Source of the DNA: the human T2T-CHM13v2.0 reference genome, Homo sapiens
DNA: 64,000 nucleotides
Assembly (NCBI GenBank): GCA_009914755.4
Contig: CP086569.2
Span: 24,768,001 to 24,832,000, forward strand
Direction of reading: 5' to 3'
Positions 1-13,867 of the stretch are shown piece by piece (position 1 is the first letter of the stretch; each line of letters starts with the position of its first letter). The notes under the pieces were generated by a model. The model did no database searches and had not been told where the DNA came from. It saw only the letters and a list, made by a program, of their open reading frames with translations. A program made the translations under genes and the position numbers.

Positions 1-1799
1 CTGCAATTCGAGTCACCAAGTGGTTAAGCTTACCAAAATCTCCTGTCATTCTCCAAGATCCACTTGTCTTCTGCACAGGTTAAATGGGAGAGTTGCTTTC
101 AGACGTGCTGGTAATGACCAACTGTGTGTCTTTCAAGTCGTTAATGATGGTACTAACCTTCACAATCTCTCTGGGGTTGTGATATTGTTTTTGATTTACT
201 GTATTTTCAGATAGAGGAAGCTCAAATGCTTCCATTTGCCTTTTCCCATTTTAGTAATCCTCACCCTACAGGTCAGGAAGCAAATGTGGGGTTCTACCAG
301 CAGCTAAGTGTGTCTATGTCAATAATGCATTCTGGCACTGGGAAAATGACCTTAGGATGACTCTAGGTACACGCTCGACCCACTGTAAGTCTGACGGGGG
401 CTAAAACTTTATTAATTGCCTGACCTTCATAAGGTTCTATTTTAACTGTAGAACCACAATGATGTTTCGGGTCTCCTGGAGTCAGTATCAGCTCAGATCC
501 AGGGTCCAGTAGCCTGAAAATTCTGATCATTTCCCTTTCTTCCAGGCATAGTTACCCTGACAAAATCCAGGCGTTACTTAAGGAACAATGAGAGAAAGAT
601 TCACTGCATAAATTGTTGGTAATGGAGTGGGGTCTTTCCTCAAGGGGATCCAGCCTCCCCTTCATTCAAGGGGTTCTGTGTCTTTAAATTGGCTCTGGTA
701 TGGAAATAGGTTGAGAAGCTGTGGTTCTGTTTTTATAATTTAGAATAGTTCTTCATCTATTTGACACCAAAGTTTTCTGTTTCTATAACTTAAGTAGGAA
801 TGCAGTAGGCTTTCTATCAATTTCACTTCCAGGAACACCTTGATTAATTAGCCAGTGCCAGGGTTCTACAGGTGTCAGACTCTTCTGATTGCTGCTTTGC
901 GACAGCTGTCCATTATGGTACCTACACCCACCTTGCCTTTGATGGTCGAGTGTTGCCACTTGGTTCCTGCCACCTTGGGATTCAATTATCCCTAGTGTAT
1001 TTAAATGTTATAGTTAGTGGCTGCAGTTCCCGCCCTTAGATCTGACACACAGAGAAGAGTAATTACAGAGCTGTTCAAAGATGCAGGTACTGCTCTGCTT
1101 CACAAGGCATTGATCAAGAATATATCCTCTGGACTCTCTCAGCTGGGATGAGTAGGTCTAAAGTGAACTAATCTACTCCACCATTCCAATCTCCCAAGGC
1201 CTTTGGATTTCATCCTTTACTTTAAACCAATGGAGAGCGGACATTTATAGAGCTCACTCACAGTGGGCCATCTTTGAATTCATATTTTAGCTAACCAAGC
1301 AGATAAACTATGAGAAATTCTTAGCTCCCTGTGCTGCATCTTTAAATGCAGAGTCCCTACTAGGTCAGCCCTAGTCAATAAATTCAGCCTGATACAACCC
1401 TGTGTTCCTTCTGCTATTATCCCATACCCTTAATATCCATTTGCTTCTGTGTTCTCTAGCCTGCTGTTCATGTATATTATAGAACTCAAACAGTTGTTCT
1501 TCAGTTTACCACAACTTCTCATGGGTTGCACTCTCAATATCACCGTAAAGAGCCCGCCAGTACTTTAGTTTAGTTATAGGCTTAGAACCAAACAGAGATG
1601 TTGGGGGTGGCCTCTGAGAAGAATCAACATTATCATACCTGGCAACTGACTCAGGGGAGGCTATCACTGTGGCCTCAGCCAGCACATGGTTTATCTCTAT
1701 AGGTAGAGGTGGAAAGACTGAAGGCAGCATGTACCTCTCTCTTCTGGGATGCAGAACAATAATTTGAGATCAGCTGACTATCAGGGCTGAATGACCTGT

Positions 1800-2330
1800 A
1801 ACACAACTATGGATAAAACTCGCCCCCTTGCTTATCGTAGTGTGGAACACAAAAATAAGAGGACAGCTGTGGCCCTTCAGGGTGCACAGACTTAGGGGCT
1901 CTCGATGCCATGACTGTGACACCCTCTTAGGGGCTTTGCATTTTCTGGCATCTCCAAGCTTCTGGGCCCCACTACGTTTCACAGTATCAGCTGTGGATGC
2001 TGCCTGCAGTATGCCTGGCCCAGCTGCTGCTTCTCAGTGAGACGGAACTTCTGCTGGCACCTAAAATTTCTTGTTTTGCCACAGCTGGCATGCCTGGATG
2101 AGTTTAGTGGTTGGAGCCCACACTTGCTCATACAACACTCACCACTCCACCATGCTTGCCCTTGGCAGGTGATAAATGCTGGCTCTTAATGCAAGCTGAG
2201 TGCAGCCTGTCAGGCAGAGTGGGTAGAACACATGTAGCAGGCCTGGGAAAAACTCAAGCAAAGGCACCACTGGCCACAGGGGTTTTCATCTGGCAAAGTG
2301 ACTCCCCTAAAATTCTGTAACAAAAGAAGC
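1800..2330 (-). repeat. Unclassified ~500-bp interspersed repeat (LTR-like), copy A; inverted relative to copy B at 18590-19085
   Basis: The reverse complement of 1900-2320 aligns along its length at ~85% to 18600-19010 (e.g. gaaaacccctgtggccagtggtgcctttgc...cccactctgcctgacaggctgcactcagcttgcatta...ccagctgttgcaaagcaagaaattttaggtaccaacagaag). The ORF-track peptides are shared: ...LAGDKCWLLMQAECSLSGRVG (2111..2320, +) versus ...LAGVKSWPIMQAECSLSGRVG (18573..18917, -). Confidence 0.75.
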
Positions 2331-2863
2331 ATAGCTAATTGTGTTTAAATGCCTTACTTCTCTTAAATCCTGAGACACTGATAATTGAGTGTCAATACCC
2401 TGAATATTTTCATATTTTATCCTTATTTGGAAAGTATTATATTTCAACATTATTTAGAAATAAAATTTGCATAATTGGTATTTGCGTTGAACCACCTGAA
2501 TCCCAAGAACATATTTGCATGGAACCACCTGATTCTCACAAAATATATTTCTGAAATATAGGCATTGGGCTTCAGATTAGCATTCTTTTAGCAGATTATG
2601 AAACTTGCCAATGGAACACAATTTCTAATCCCTGGATTTTGACATTATATACTCACATACTTTTTTTTTTTTGTGGAGGCACTTTTGCTGTGCATTGTAA
2701 GAGGATGAGCAGCATTTCTGACCTTTTCCACTAAGTGCAATAGTAGCATCCTTTTTCCATGGTTGAAATGTCCAAATATCTTAGTGTCTTCTGGAAGCTA
2801 AATTGTTGACATTGACTATTCTAAAGAGTTATGAAGAATGAATAAAAAAACCAGTTTTAACAA

Positions 2864-3165
2864 TTTTGCAGAGGCCATGCAGGGTGGTTCACACCTGTAA
2901 TCCCAGCACTTTGGGAGGCCAAATTGGGAGAATCACCCTAGGTCAGGAGTTGGAGACCAGTCTGGCCAACATGGTGTAACCCTGTCTCTACTAAAAATAC
3001 AATAAGTAAACAAACAAACAAAATTAGCTGGGCATGGTGACAGTCGCCTGTAATCCCAGCTACTCGGGAGGTTGAGGCCAGGAGAATTGATTGAAACCAG
3101 GAGGCGAGAATGAGCTGAGATCATGCCATTGCACTCCAGCCTGCATCACAATAGCGAACTCTGTC

Positions 3166-3196
<31 letters not shown>
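2864..3196 (+). mobile_element. Alu (S-type) with (AAAAC)n tail
   Basis: ggccatgcagggtggttcacacctgtaatcccagcactttgggaggcc...gcactccagcctg... followed by aaaacaaaacaaaac. Confidence 0.9.
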
Positions 3197-3197
<1 letters not shown>

Positions 3198-3499
3198 TAC
3201 ACAAATTTTATATGAGATCTTATTTTTATCTAACTTTCTGCTGTTCTAATATCCTGTCACTTACGCAATGAACCAGAATGTCCTGCATGTACCCTGGAAC
3301 TTAATACAAAACAAAGTTAAAGAAATTAAATAAAACTAGAAAGGCTTTCTTTTCTTAGAAGTGAGGTTATAGTAACTGAAATGTGTGCCACACTTTATTT
3401 AAGACATTTTCTAATTACAAATCAGGGTTGTCACAAACTGCATTGAAAAGCAAATAAGTAGAATATCTCAATTCTTAATTGATCAAATTTATTTTCTTT

Positions 3500-3767
3500 T
3501 ATTCTTAGAATGGAATCCCACACTGTCTCTTTGGATGGTGTGCAGTGGTGCAATCTTAGCACACTGCAGCACCCTGCCTCCCAAGTTCAAATGTTCATTC
3601 TTCCTCAGCTTCTTGAATAGCTGAGATTACAGGTATGCACCAACACACTCGAAGGGTTTTCACCATATTGGCCATGTTGTCTCAAACTCCTGGCTTCAAG
3701 TACTCTGCCTGTTTTGGCCTCTAAAAGTGCCGGAATTACAGGCATGAGCCACCAAGGCTTGCCGGCC
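3500..3767 (-). mobile_element. Alu, minus strand (older subfamily)
   Basis: ...gcctcccaagttcaaatgttcattcttcctcagcttcttgaatagctgagattacaggtatgcacc...tctcaaactcctggcttcaagtactctgcctgttttggcctctaaaagtgccggaattacaggcatgagccaccaaggcttgccggcc is the reverse complement of an Alu. Confidence 0.85.
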
Positions 3768-5003
3768 CTCGTCTGAGTTTCCAATTGAGAAATACACTGG
3801 TCTTACAAACCTTATTTTTTATATCATATTTTTGATGAGTTTCATTTTATGTCTCATAATTCACAAAGATAATTTAAGTGCATTGTCTCTCTATTGGAAA
3901 TGAATTTATTTCCATTAATACATAATTAAAAGAGTAGGTTTATGTAGAAAGTCATTTTTCTATGGTGAAGAGTTCTCACATCTTAGAAATTGCTTTACAT
4001 ATCTCATTTGGAAAACTCATTGCATTTATTGATTACACTTGCATTTTTTTTTCCTTTGCATTTTCTTTTGTAAGAGTATTCTAAATTGTTTCAAGATACA
4101 ATAAGATGTTTAATTATGTCAAATAAACTTAAAAGGTATTTTCTTCGAAAGACAACTTTTTCTTAAGCTATGTTTCTACTAATACTGTGTGATTACTTTT
4201 TGTATGTTACTAGGAATTAATTGATGTTTAAATCTTCCCAGCATCCAAAGTTCATCTGCAATATTTAAGAAATAAAGAACTGCTAGCAGAGCAGGCTGTT
4301 CTGGTCCATAGTTCACCCACTACCGTCAACCCTGGTTTTGAGCTACCTGCAGCACAAGATTGGCTGGGTAAAAAAATCTCAAAAAGATATCAGTCTGTTT
4401 GATGGAAATATATTACATAGACAAAGAAATGACTAGTGGGTATTTAAAATCATAAAGAGGTTTTTTATCGTTAATAACAGTTTTGTTTGAAATTCTATAT
4501 TTACATTTAGAAAAAATTAACTCATCGCTTTTGTGTTGCTTTGTTTTTAATCAACTAGCTTAACATTTTGTAGCCATCAGGTATATAATTAAAACCATTT
4601 CTATCAGAGAATATTATTTTTTTAAATAAGATGTATTACTTAAATGCTCTCATATATGGTTTTGGTAATTTAACACAGTGGAATTGATTTAATCATATAC
4701 AAAAAAATAGTAAGACTGTTGAGTAAGAAGAAACCAAATTTAATGGTACAAAAAGTTTATACTAAAAATGTATACATTAAAAAGATTTTTCTAACCCAAA
4801 CATTGAAGTTGCTTAATGTTGTTTTAGTTAAATTCCAAGAGAAGTATTATTTTAAAATCATAATGTGAAAAGAGATCATCTGAGTGCATGTTATTACTTT
4901 TAAATGTCCACGTCAATTAAACAAAATGGATAGCAATGTTCAAATCTTACGCAGAACTGAAACTCATAGCGAGAGGTAATGTAAGTAAATTGAAAAACAA
5001 TAG

Positions 5004-5324
<321 letters not shown>

Positions 5325-5787
5325 TCAAGGGAAATCAGAGAGTTACAAATATAATTAACAACAGTATTCTGTACAGATATTTAATTGAAAATGTGAAATT
5401 ATGTTAGTTTATATGTTTCTCTCTGTGAGTATATTTTTTGGTACATTGCAGGAGTTTCTAGCTAAACTCACTGTTTAAAAGGACAGATCTTTATTTGTCC
5501 TGTGGGATCTATGTAAAGAGGAGAGTTTCCTTTTTAAAAACACAGACTTTTGTTAATTTATTTAACTATTGTATTGGCAGAATAAATAAATATTTTTAAA
5601 ATTTTTTTAAGCAACCACTACTGTTATGAAACGTTAAGTCAATCTTTTCTTTCCTTGTGGTTAATGTATATTTCCAAATATATAAGACGGCATGCAATAA
5701 AAATTATTAACTTGCCATGAATATTGTATTTCTGGTCCAGAGATGTTTTTTGAAGTATATGCACGTCTTCATACATAGAGCTATTTC

Positions 5788-5822
5788 CTCTTCTTCTTCT
5801 TCTTCTTCTTCTTCCTCTCCTC
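5788..5822. repeat. (TTC)n/(GAA)n microsatellite
   Basis: ctcttcttcttcttcttcttcttcttcctctcctc. It drives the poly-Glu pseudo-ORF 5707..5895 (-). Confidence 0.9.
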
Positions 5823-8800
5823 TTTTTTTACAGAAATGAGAATATAAAATATACAATATAGTTATTTGTTTTTTACTTAGTGACACACCTGTCAATACAT
5901 GAAGATCTGTTTATTTCTGTTCTGTGCTACATAACTTGGCATTCAATGTACTCTAATTTATGCAGTCCACATCTAAGATGGATTGATGTGTAAGTTGTGT
6001 TCAGTTTTATAAGATAGAGAAGATTTCTAGTTCTCACAGGGATTTTAAATACACCGCCTAATTGACTTTATCTCATAATAAAATGAATATAAATTAATCA
6101 TCACTATGTAATGAGGAAAAAAGCAGATATTTATGTGAAGATTATAGTTTTTAGGTTTGAGAACAATAACTTGTATGCAGTGCTCAGTTTGAACTGAGAA
6201 AACTCTAATGTCCTATTTATATAAATTTCTGATGACATTGTATTGAATACACTTATTTTAAGTACAAAAGTTTTTCAATCAGTTAACACACAATGATTAA
6301 AGTTAAGTCTGTGTTAGCACTTGGAAATTTAATATTATACCACCTTATATGACTTTTTCAAATAAAACTGTTACAGAAGCAATGCCATTAAAAATGCAGA
6401 ATTAAGATATCTCTAGTTAATGGTGCATATATTGGATCATGTTTCTGATGATATAAAAATTTAAGGTACCATTTGAAGAGTGCTGTGTTAGCCTGATAAA
6501 GTGAATTTCCCAGCCTGATTAGAAGAACTATGGACAGAGTCATCATTTTTGTAGCATAAGCATAGTTCTTCTTCTCTGAGGTTGTGAAACACTCAGATAG
6601 TAGGAATATTTGCCCCCGATCAGACCCTGCCCACAAAAATGACTTGTGGGACTCAAAGAGGCTGGTGTGACTAGTCACATAAATTGTGTGATCTAGCAAC
6701 TATACATAATCTTAGTGGTTAGAAACAGTAGCTCTACAATTAGAAACACATGTGATGATGTAGACAATGATGGTTCAAAGATGAGTAACAAAGGTGTGAG
6801 TTAAATTTTAATTATTTATTTGTTTTTAATATTCTGATACCAGGTACTGTTTTTCTTCCTGAGATTACTGTACTTTCATGAGATTTTGTAAGGACTGCAT
6901 TTTGACAATATGGCTAGAATGTCTGAGATACTATGAATGGCATATTTTTCATGCTCACTATCTAATAACTTGAAAGTTTACTTGATAATTTTTATTATTT
7001 TTTGTTTGTTTTCAAAGTATAATTGATACAATCATATTTGTATGACATGGTAAACGCAATTCAGAATTTTAAGAATAAAAAAATATTTATTTTAATAAGT
7101 ATATTCTCATCTTGTATTTGAAGTATGCTATTTAATTTTTAACTTTAATTTTATCTGTGTTATATAAGTTGTGTTTATTTTTAGGATTTTCTGTATATTT
7201 TCCTCAAATTAGCTATTTTTCTGCTTAAGAAAAAAATCGTTTTTCAGATAATGCTACATGGACCTGTTATCAACATTATTTCACAATTACAATAAGGCTA
7301 CTAAAGGTATAAAAGCACCTGGTTGAAAATAAAAAGTATTCGGTTGATCATAAGGCAGCAAAAAGTTAGGCTTTAGTGGCAGATCACATATTTAAGATGC
7401 AGCTATTAAGTAAGTTAATACAGGAAACCTGAATTTTGGAAATGTTTACACTCAAACTGTTTACCATTCCTTTACTTTTTTCGCATAGATATTGATAGAA
7501 ACTAAAGAAAGAAATTAGAATATTTTAACTGTAGTAAACAGTTCCAAAATTTCTACATTTCTTTTCCTCAGTGGTCAGAAATAACTTTGCCTTCAAATAA
7601 CATCTTGGCACTTAAAGTTTACAGAGATTACAAAACACACACTTGCCTCTGCCTTTCTAGATATGACAGATCACACTATGCAGACATTACAACTTGGGTA
7701 ACATTCCTTTTAGTAGGATCTCATTATGGGATGTCCACTCTTACTTGGTTAACAGCCACTACTGGACAAAAAGATAGAATTTGGTTCTTGACCCTCTAGC
7801 TCGTTTTTCCTCTAGGGTTTGGAATTGAAAACTGATCGAGATGGCAAATTGTACTGGCAAGAAGCGAATGAAGTAGACAGAATATAGCATTCAAATTAAG
7901 TCCCCACCATTGTGCTTAGTTGCTTGTGCTTTATGTTGTCTCAGCCCTTTACTGTGGCATGCATGTCTGCCTAGCTACTTTTCTGTGCCATGAACTTCAT
8001 CAGGACATGAAGCAGATAATTTTTATTTCTCTGTCATAAACCTCAGATGCATACCAAAGCATAGAGAAACATGTTGCATATGTGTAAAACAGCTGTATTT
8101 TGTTCTGTAGCTACAAGGAAATTATGACCTTTGGAGCTTCTGTGTATGCTCTCGATCCTTCCACAACTACTCTTAAGGGCCATATTTATTGATTTGTAAT
8201 AATTCTCAATACATCACATAAATTATACCATGTAAATATCAAAAATGCATGATACTCACAAGAAGACACTGCATTCCAGGAGAAAAAAGTACTTAGTTCT
8301 TGTAAGTTATTTATGGCAGAGCACTGATTTCTTTCCAATCTTGTCGACTTGAGAAGATTGTAGTCTATTTTCTTACCTGTGAGGTATGTTATTATTTTAT
8401 TATTTCTACTGATAACTTTTCTGTATACTCTTTATGATGGTCCACCTGTGAAATAAACACTAACGCTAAACATTAAACACAGTAAGTTCTTTGAAAATAC
8501 TACAAAAATTGCGAATCATTTCATTAACTCAGTTTTGGTATATATTTCATTCAACTACTTTCACAATACTTTTAAAGATACTGCCTTTTGGCTTCTAGAG
8601 TAAGGCTCATCCTCACGATGATGTATTTAAGTATTATCATAAATGTGAAGACAAACTAGCATTAAACAAGACAGAAGATAGTAAAGAGTACAATATTGGT
8701 GTCCTAAGACAGCTTCAGGTCAATCTTTTGATTTAGCTGCTTTCTGACTACAATTCTACGTACCCAAAAGTTTTTGGAAACAGTTCAGGTAAATTATGGG

Positions 8801-9223
8801 TGAGTTATCATTTAATTTTGATGAAATCAACTCTACATAAACTGAAATTTTTAAATATATCTTAAAATCCATAATGCATTTGATGTTAAATATTTAAACA
8901 AAAGTAATATTATAGCTGTCTTTCTTGGTCACTTCTACTAGTATTATCCCCATAGAAAGAGACAAAAATTGTCACAGCAAAGACAGGCCATGTATTCTTT
9001 CATCACTTAAAATATAATTAAATTCTTATTATAATAAGATTTCTACTCTATATATAAACTAAACATTAAAATGTAGCCATTTCCTTGATCTAACAGTTGT
9101 CTAATGAAGTAAATCTCAATTATATAATTTTATCTCTATAAGTGTTAGAACACATCTGTAAAGATTTTCCTTAAAAAGTTGACCATGGTGCTGTCATCAC
9201 ACATAATAAAAATTATTTCATAA

Positions 9224-9318
9224 GCTTGGGCAACATGGCAAAAACCAGTCTCCACAAAAAATACAAAAATTACTCAGGTGTGGTGGTTTGAGCCTGTAGT
9301 ATCAGCTACTTGGGAAGG
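9224..9318 (+). mobile_element. Partial Alu (central fragment)
   Basis: gcttgggcaacatggcaaaaaccagtctccacaaaaaatacaaaaattactcaggtgtggtggtttgagcctgtagtatcagctacttgggaagg. Confidence 0.6.
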
Positions 9319-9549
9319 TAAAATGCCATTTCATTCACTGACTTTCGGTGTATGCTTAAAGTTCCTTCATTACTCTTTTCAAATTAGATTAGTGCATCAA
9401 TGATGTCTTTTAGTTTCTAGAGTAATGTTTATCCATGAGATTATGTATATCAAAGATCAACATTACTCAACATCAAATAAACATTTTTTCTTATCAAATG
9501 AACGTTTTCATCACTGTCAAGATAGTACCCCTTTCTAGCCCTGCAAGAA

Positions 9550-9700
9550 AATATATATATATGATAAACTTATATGTACATATATAATGTGTAACTTTAT
9601 ATAATACATATGTGTATGTGTATATATATGCATATATGTGTGTGCGTATCTATATATATATTTGCAAATATATATATACAACATATATAAATGCAAGCTT
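9550..9700. repeat. TA/TG/CA-rich compound simple repeat
   Basis: atatatatatgataaacttatatgtacatatataatgtgtaac...tgtgtatgtgtatatatatgcatatatgtgtgtgcgtatctatatatatatttgcaaatatatatatac. Confidence 0.85.
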
Positions 9701-9705
9701 GTGCC

Positions 9706-9890
9706 AGGCACGTTCCTTCGCACTGGTAGTCTTAACATTTTGGGAAGCCAAGGCAGCCAGATTACTTGATTTCAGGAGATCAAAACCAGCCTGAGTAACG
9801 TGGTGATATATCATCTCTATTAAGATGCAAAAAGCTAGCTAGGTGAGTGTAATTGTCTGCACCTGTAGTCCCTGCTACCTGGGACAGCTT
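9706..9890 (+). mobile_element. Diverged Alu/FLAM-like monomeric SINE fragment
   Basis: gccaggcacg...cattttgggaagccaaggcagccagattacttgatttcaggagatcaaaaccagcctgagtaacgtggtgat...gcacctgtagtccctgctacctggga. Confidence 0.4.
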
Positions 9891-11442
9891 GTTTTAGAAA
9901 CTAGAAAGAGCTATATGTTACAGTATACAGTAAAAAGTTGTGTGACAGTGTTTTATTGTCATGCATGCCACAAATTAGACCTGTTTATTGTTCTTTCAGG
10001 AAGGTAATTCATAGATATCTCAGAGGTAGAAAGAAAAAGGGATCTTCTGATTTCTGGGCTTCCTTCTGTTTCACTCACAGCAGCTCCCTTCTCTGTATTA
10101 GCATATCACTTAGATTTCTTTTAAATGTCTGCAGTGCACCTGTAATGCACTGACTCCCCATTGTATCTCTCAGTTTGAGGTTCTAGATTCCGTAGCTAAA
10201 CTGTAAACTTAGGGTTGTAAGTGTAATTTGCATACGTAATTCTTATTGAACTATTTCGGTTCTATAGCCTCACGTGTGACCAACACTCCCTTTTTCTTGC
10301 ATCAACAAGTTATTTTCATTTATTTGATCTACTCAAGACATTTTTTTTCTGAAATCTAGTCAACATTTCTGTTCTTTTTCATTCAAATTACTATAACACT
10401 ATGAGTTTCTGTCTTCAAAACTTTTACTCAATAATTTATGTGTGCATGCATCTATGTGTGATTGTTTGCAAACAATTGGCACACGGGACCTGTTTTGTGA
10501 AAGACAATTTTCTATTATCTTCACTGGAAAACCAAACCAAACAAAACCAAACAAAAACATGAAGAATATATATTTATAATTTATTTCTTTAAAATATCTT
10601 TAGGTACAAATATGAAAAATATTTTAACACTTTAAATGTGGACATTAACAGTCATCAAAATCTTCTTGAATCTTTGGTATAGTATATCCAATGGAAGGGG
10701 AAAATCCACATTGTTGTAAAATGGGATAAAATGTATGTTTTTTTCAGTTTTGAAAAAAAAAAAGATCTCATTCAACAAAACCAGAAGACATTAGAGTTGT
10801 TTGTGCTCATCCACAAAATTAACTTCTGGTTTCTCTTTACTGTTTTAGTGGTATCAGACAGGTAGTTAAGATGATAACTTGTTTAAAGGAAAATAATATT
10901 GACAAAATACAGTGACTGACTTGAGGAAAAATGATTGTTATTAAATGAATAATTTTGGATGTAGACGATCTCACAGAGGGTTCTCATCTGTCCTCTATGA
11001 TAAATTGCAATTTAATGATTGAATATTGAAGAGTTGACAGAAGAAAATATTATTCTTTTTCTATTACAGATACCTCTTCATTTTATGCGGTTACAACAGA
11101 TGTTAACAACCACGAGTAGTTTCACAAACAGATTTCATTCTTTAGGCCTAACCAGCCCATTTTACCTCTTTGGAACTTGTTTGGGAGATGGAATGAAGAA
11201 CTATCTTGGGAGACGTAAGCTAAATAACATGGATGTCTTTCTTGGCCTTCATAACTTCTCACCTCCAAGCTGTCTGCATTGCTGTGAACTTAGCTGTCAT
11301 TTAGATTGTGGTTCATTTGTAACATCATATTGCCTGCTCTTCACATCTCTGAGAAATGAAACAATTTATTTCACCCTTTCACTCTTAATGCAAACCTCTT
11401 AAAATAACTATATATAGGTCTTAATGTTGTATTTTATTTTAT

Positions 11443-11754
11443 TTACTCATTTTTTATTTATTTTTGAGATAGAGTCTCACTCTGTCACCCAGGCTGGAGT
11501 GCCGTGGCCCGGTCTATGCTCACTGCAACTCCAACTTCCAGGTTCACGCCATTCTCCTGCCTCAGCCTCCAGAGTAGCTGGGACTACAGGCGCCAGCCAC
11601 CACGCCTGGCTAATTTTTTAGTATTTTTAATAGAGACAGGGTTGAACCGTGTTAGCCAGGATGGTTGGGATTTCCTGACTTCGTGATCTGCCCATCTCGG
11701 CCTCCCAACGTGTTGAGATTACAGGCGTGGGATTACAGGTCACCGCGCTCGGCC
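11443..11754 (-). mobile_element. Alu, minus strand
   Basis: tttttgagatagagtctcactctgtcacccaggctggagtgccgtggcccggtctatgctcactgcaactcc...gcctcagcctccagagtagctgggactacaggcgccagccaccacgcctggctaattttttagtatttttaatagagacagggtt... Confidence 0.9.
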
Positions 11755-11784
11755 AGGTCCTAAACGTTTTTTTTATAAGACAGT

Positions 11785-12045
11785 GAGACCGGCCTGGCCA
11801 AAAGGGTGAAACTCCACCTCTGCTAAAAATATGAAAATTAGCCAGGCGTCGTGGCATATGCCTGTAAAATTAGATACTGGGGAGGCTGAGACAGGTGAAT
11901 TTCTTGAATCTGGGAGGCATATGTTACAGTGAGCGGAGATCCTGCCATTGCACCGCAGCCTAGGGGAAGAGAGCAAAACCCTATCATCTCAAAAAAAAAA
12001 AAAAAAAAAAAAAAAAGAAAGAAAGAAAGAAAAGAAAAAAAACTG
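11785..12045 (+). mobile_element. 5'-truncated Alu with long A / (GAAA)n tail, abutting the preceding minus-strand Alu
   Basis: gaccggcctggccaaaagggtgaaactccacctctgctaaaaatatgaaaattagccaggcgtcgtggcatatgcctgtaaa...gagcggagatcctgccattgcaccgcagcctagg... then A25 and gaaagaaagaaagaaaag. Confidence 0.8.
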
Positions 12046-13304
12046 TGAGAATTAAACACATTAGTGTCTGTGTGTCTCTTAGTGTATTACCTCTTCTTTA
12101 AGTGCTATAAATATCAGCTGCTATTATTGCTTATCATGTATCTTCAATTTACTCACACCAAATTCTGCTTCATAGCATAAAAGAAAACAGAACAGTAACA
12201 GTCAGATAGTAGTGGCTATATGGAACCACAAAAGCATCAGTGTCTGTGTCAGTAATCTTTTGTAATTTATGACAAATAAGTGACCTTTTACACCTACAGA
12301 TTCTGCAAACATAGATTTCTTAAAACCTAAACTGTACTCAGTGTAACAATTTAGATTTGCTTCTTATGATAAGTAATTTGTGTTTGGCTTGTAGGAGTTT
12401 TTACAAGGTATCGAATGTGTTTAATCTATTTCTTCAGTCTTCTTGTTCTTTCTTTATGAAATCATTAGATCTAATTTATATGAATGTGTTGCCTTTTTGG
12501 TTTAGTTATTTCAAGGTAAAATATTTAAGATATCTTTACCTTAGAATATTGGTTTTTAATATATGGAAATATGGAAGAGCATTTATGTATTATATTAATT
12601 ATTACTTTTTACTTAAGCAGTTTGAAATACGAGTCAGTGAAGTAATCACTAAGATTTGGCTTAACTAACAAATATTTTATTAACAGCTTGAAAATACAAA
12701 TGTTTTTGACTATATATATAATTTTTTTTGAACAGTAGAATTATTTTCTGCATGAAGGAAAAGAATTTTCTATGATTAGCATACAAATTGCCTCTATATT
12801 CATCATTACCACAGGATGTTACACCAAAAAATGTTTGTGTTCCTGCCAGTGACTGGTACATGGCTTTGGATTTCACTCATAATGTAATTATAATTGGTTT
12901 GATTGTCTATTATGCCACTTTATATTTCCTAACAGTAAAATTATTATTTCAATTTTTAAATACACGAAAAACATTTTTGCGGTAATTGTGTGAGAATTCT
13001 TGGTAAACATAAAATTCTCTAATCTAAATATGCATTTTTTAATTAAAAATTATCTCTGTCTTCAAAAAATTTGTATCATAGCTTATTCTACTTTATCATT
13101 CAGTATTAAGCTTTATCTATTCTAAACAAAATCTTTACTTATAATTTAAAAAGTGGATCAGGTTTTACATCAGATTTTGTTTCTCATGTTGATAATTCCA
13201 ATAATTTGGAAGGGCAAGGAAAAAAGGACAATTGAGGCCAGGAATTTGGAACAGAGTTTGGCAAAATCCTGAAACACCATCTTTATAAAAAGTTTTTTAA
13301 AATG

Positions 13305-13612
13305 AGAAGATGTGGTGGCTTAACACTGGTAATCTTGTCACTTAATGAGGCCAAGATGGGTGGATCACTTTAGGCCTAGGATTTGAGGCCAGCCTGAGTA
13401 ACACTGCAAGATTCTGACTCTAAGAAAAAATTAAAATAAATATATAAATTAAATAATTAGCTGAGCCTACTGGCCTTTTCTTCTAGATGTAGCTAATTGG
13501 GAGGCTGAGGAAGCAGGACGACATAAGTCCAGGAGTTGGAAGCTGCAGTTAGTGACGATGGCACCACTGTATTCATTCCAGCTGGAGCACTAGAAAATTG
13601 TCTCTTAAAAAA
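13305..13612 (+). mobile_element. Old Alu (AluJ-like)
   Basis: gatgtggtggcttaacactggtaatcttgtcacttaatgaggccaagatgggtggatcactttaggcctaggatttgaggccagcctgagtaacactgcaag...ctaattgggaggctgaggaagcaggacgacataagtccaggagttggaagctgcagttagtgacgatggcaccactgtattcattccagctgg. Confidence 0.75.
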
Positions 13613-13867
13613 AGTAAAATGGCTTTAGTCTTAAGTTAGTACAAATTATACAAGTATAGAGTACATTATAATAACTTGACTTCACAACTCTTTCTGCCTT
13701 GTTTTTATTAAAAGATGTTAATAAAATGTTGCTGAACTAAAAAGTGTTTGATATACATTTTCAGAGACCTACGTATACTTGCATTTTATTTACTTCTTGA
13801 CTTGACTGTGAAACTGAAGTTTCAGAGCTTTATTAGTCAATATGACATTTGTACTATATTTGTACAT

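Noticed and set aside
5707-5895. ORF with a poly-Glu run
   Set aside because: It is produced by the (TTC)n/(GAA)n microsatellite and is not a gene.
9706-9890. Possible additional full Alu
   Set aside because: It is only a monomer-length, highly diverged Alu/FLAM-like match. It is kept as a low-confidence feature rather than a finding.
11019-11402. 127-aa + strand ORF in unique sequence
   Set aside because: It has no recognisable domain and sits in an AT-rich context. Its length is within expectation for random ORFs when alternative starts are allowed.
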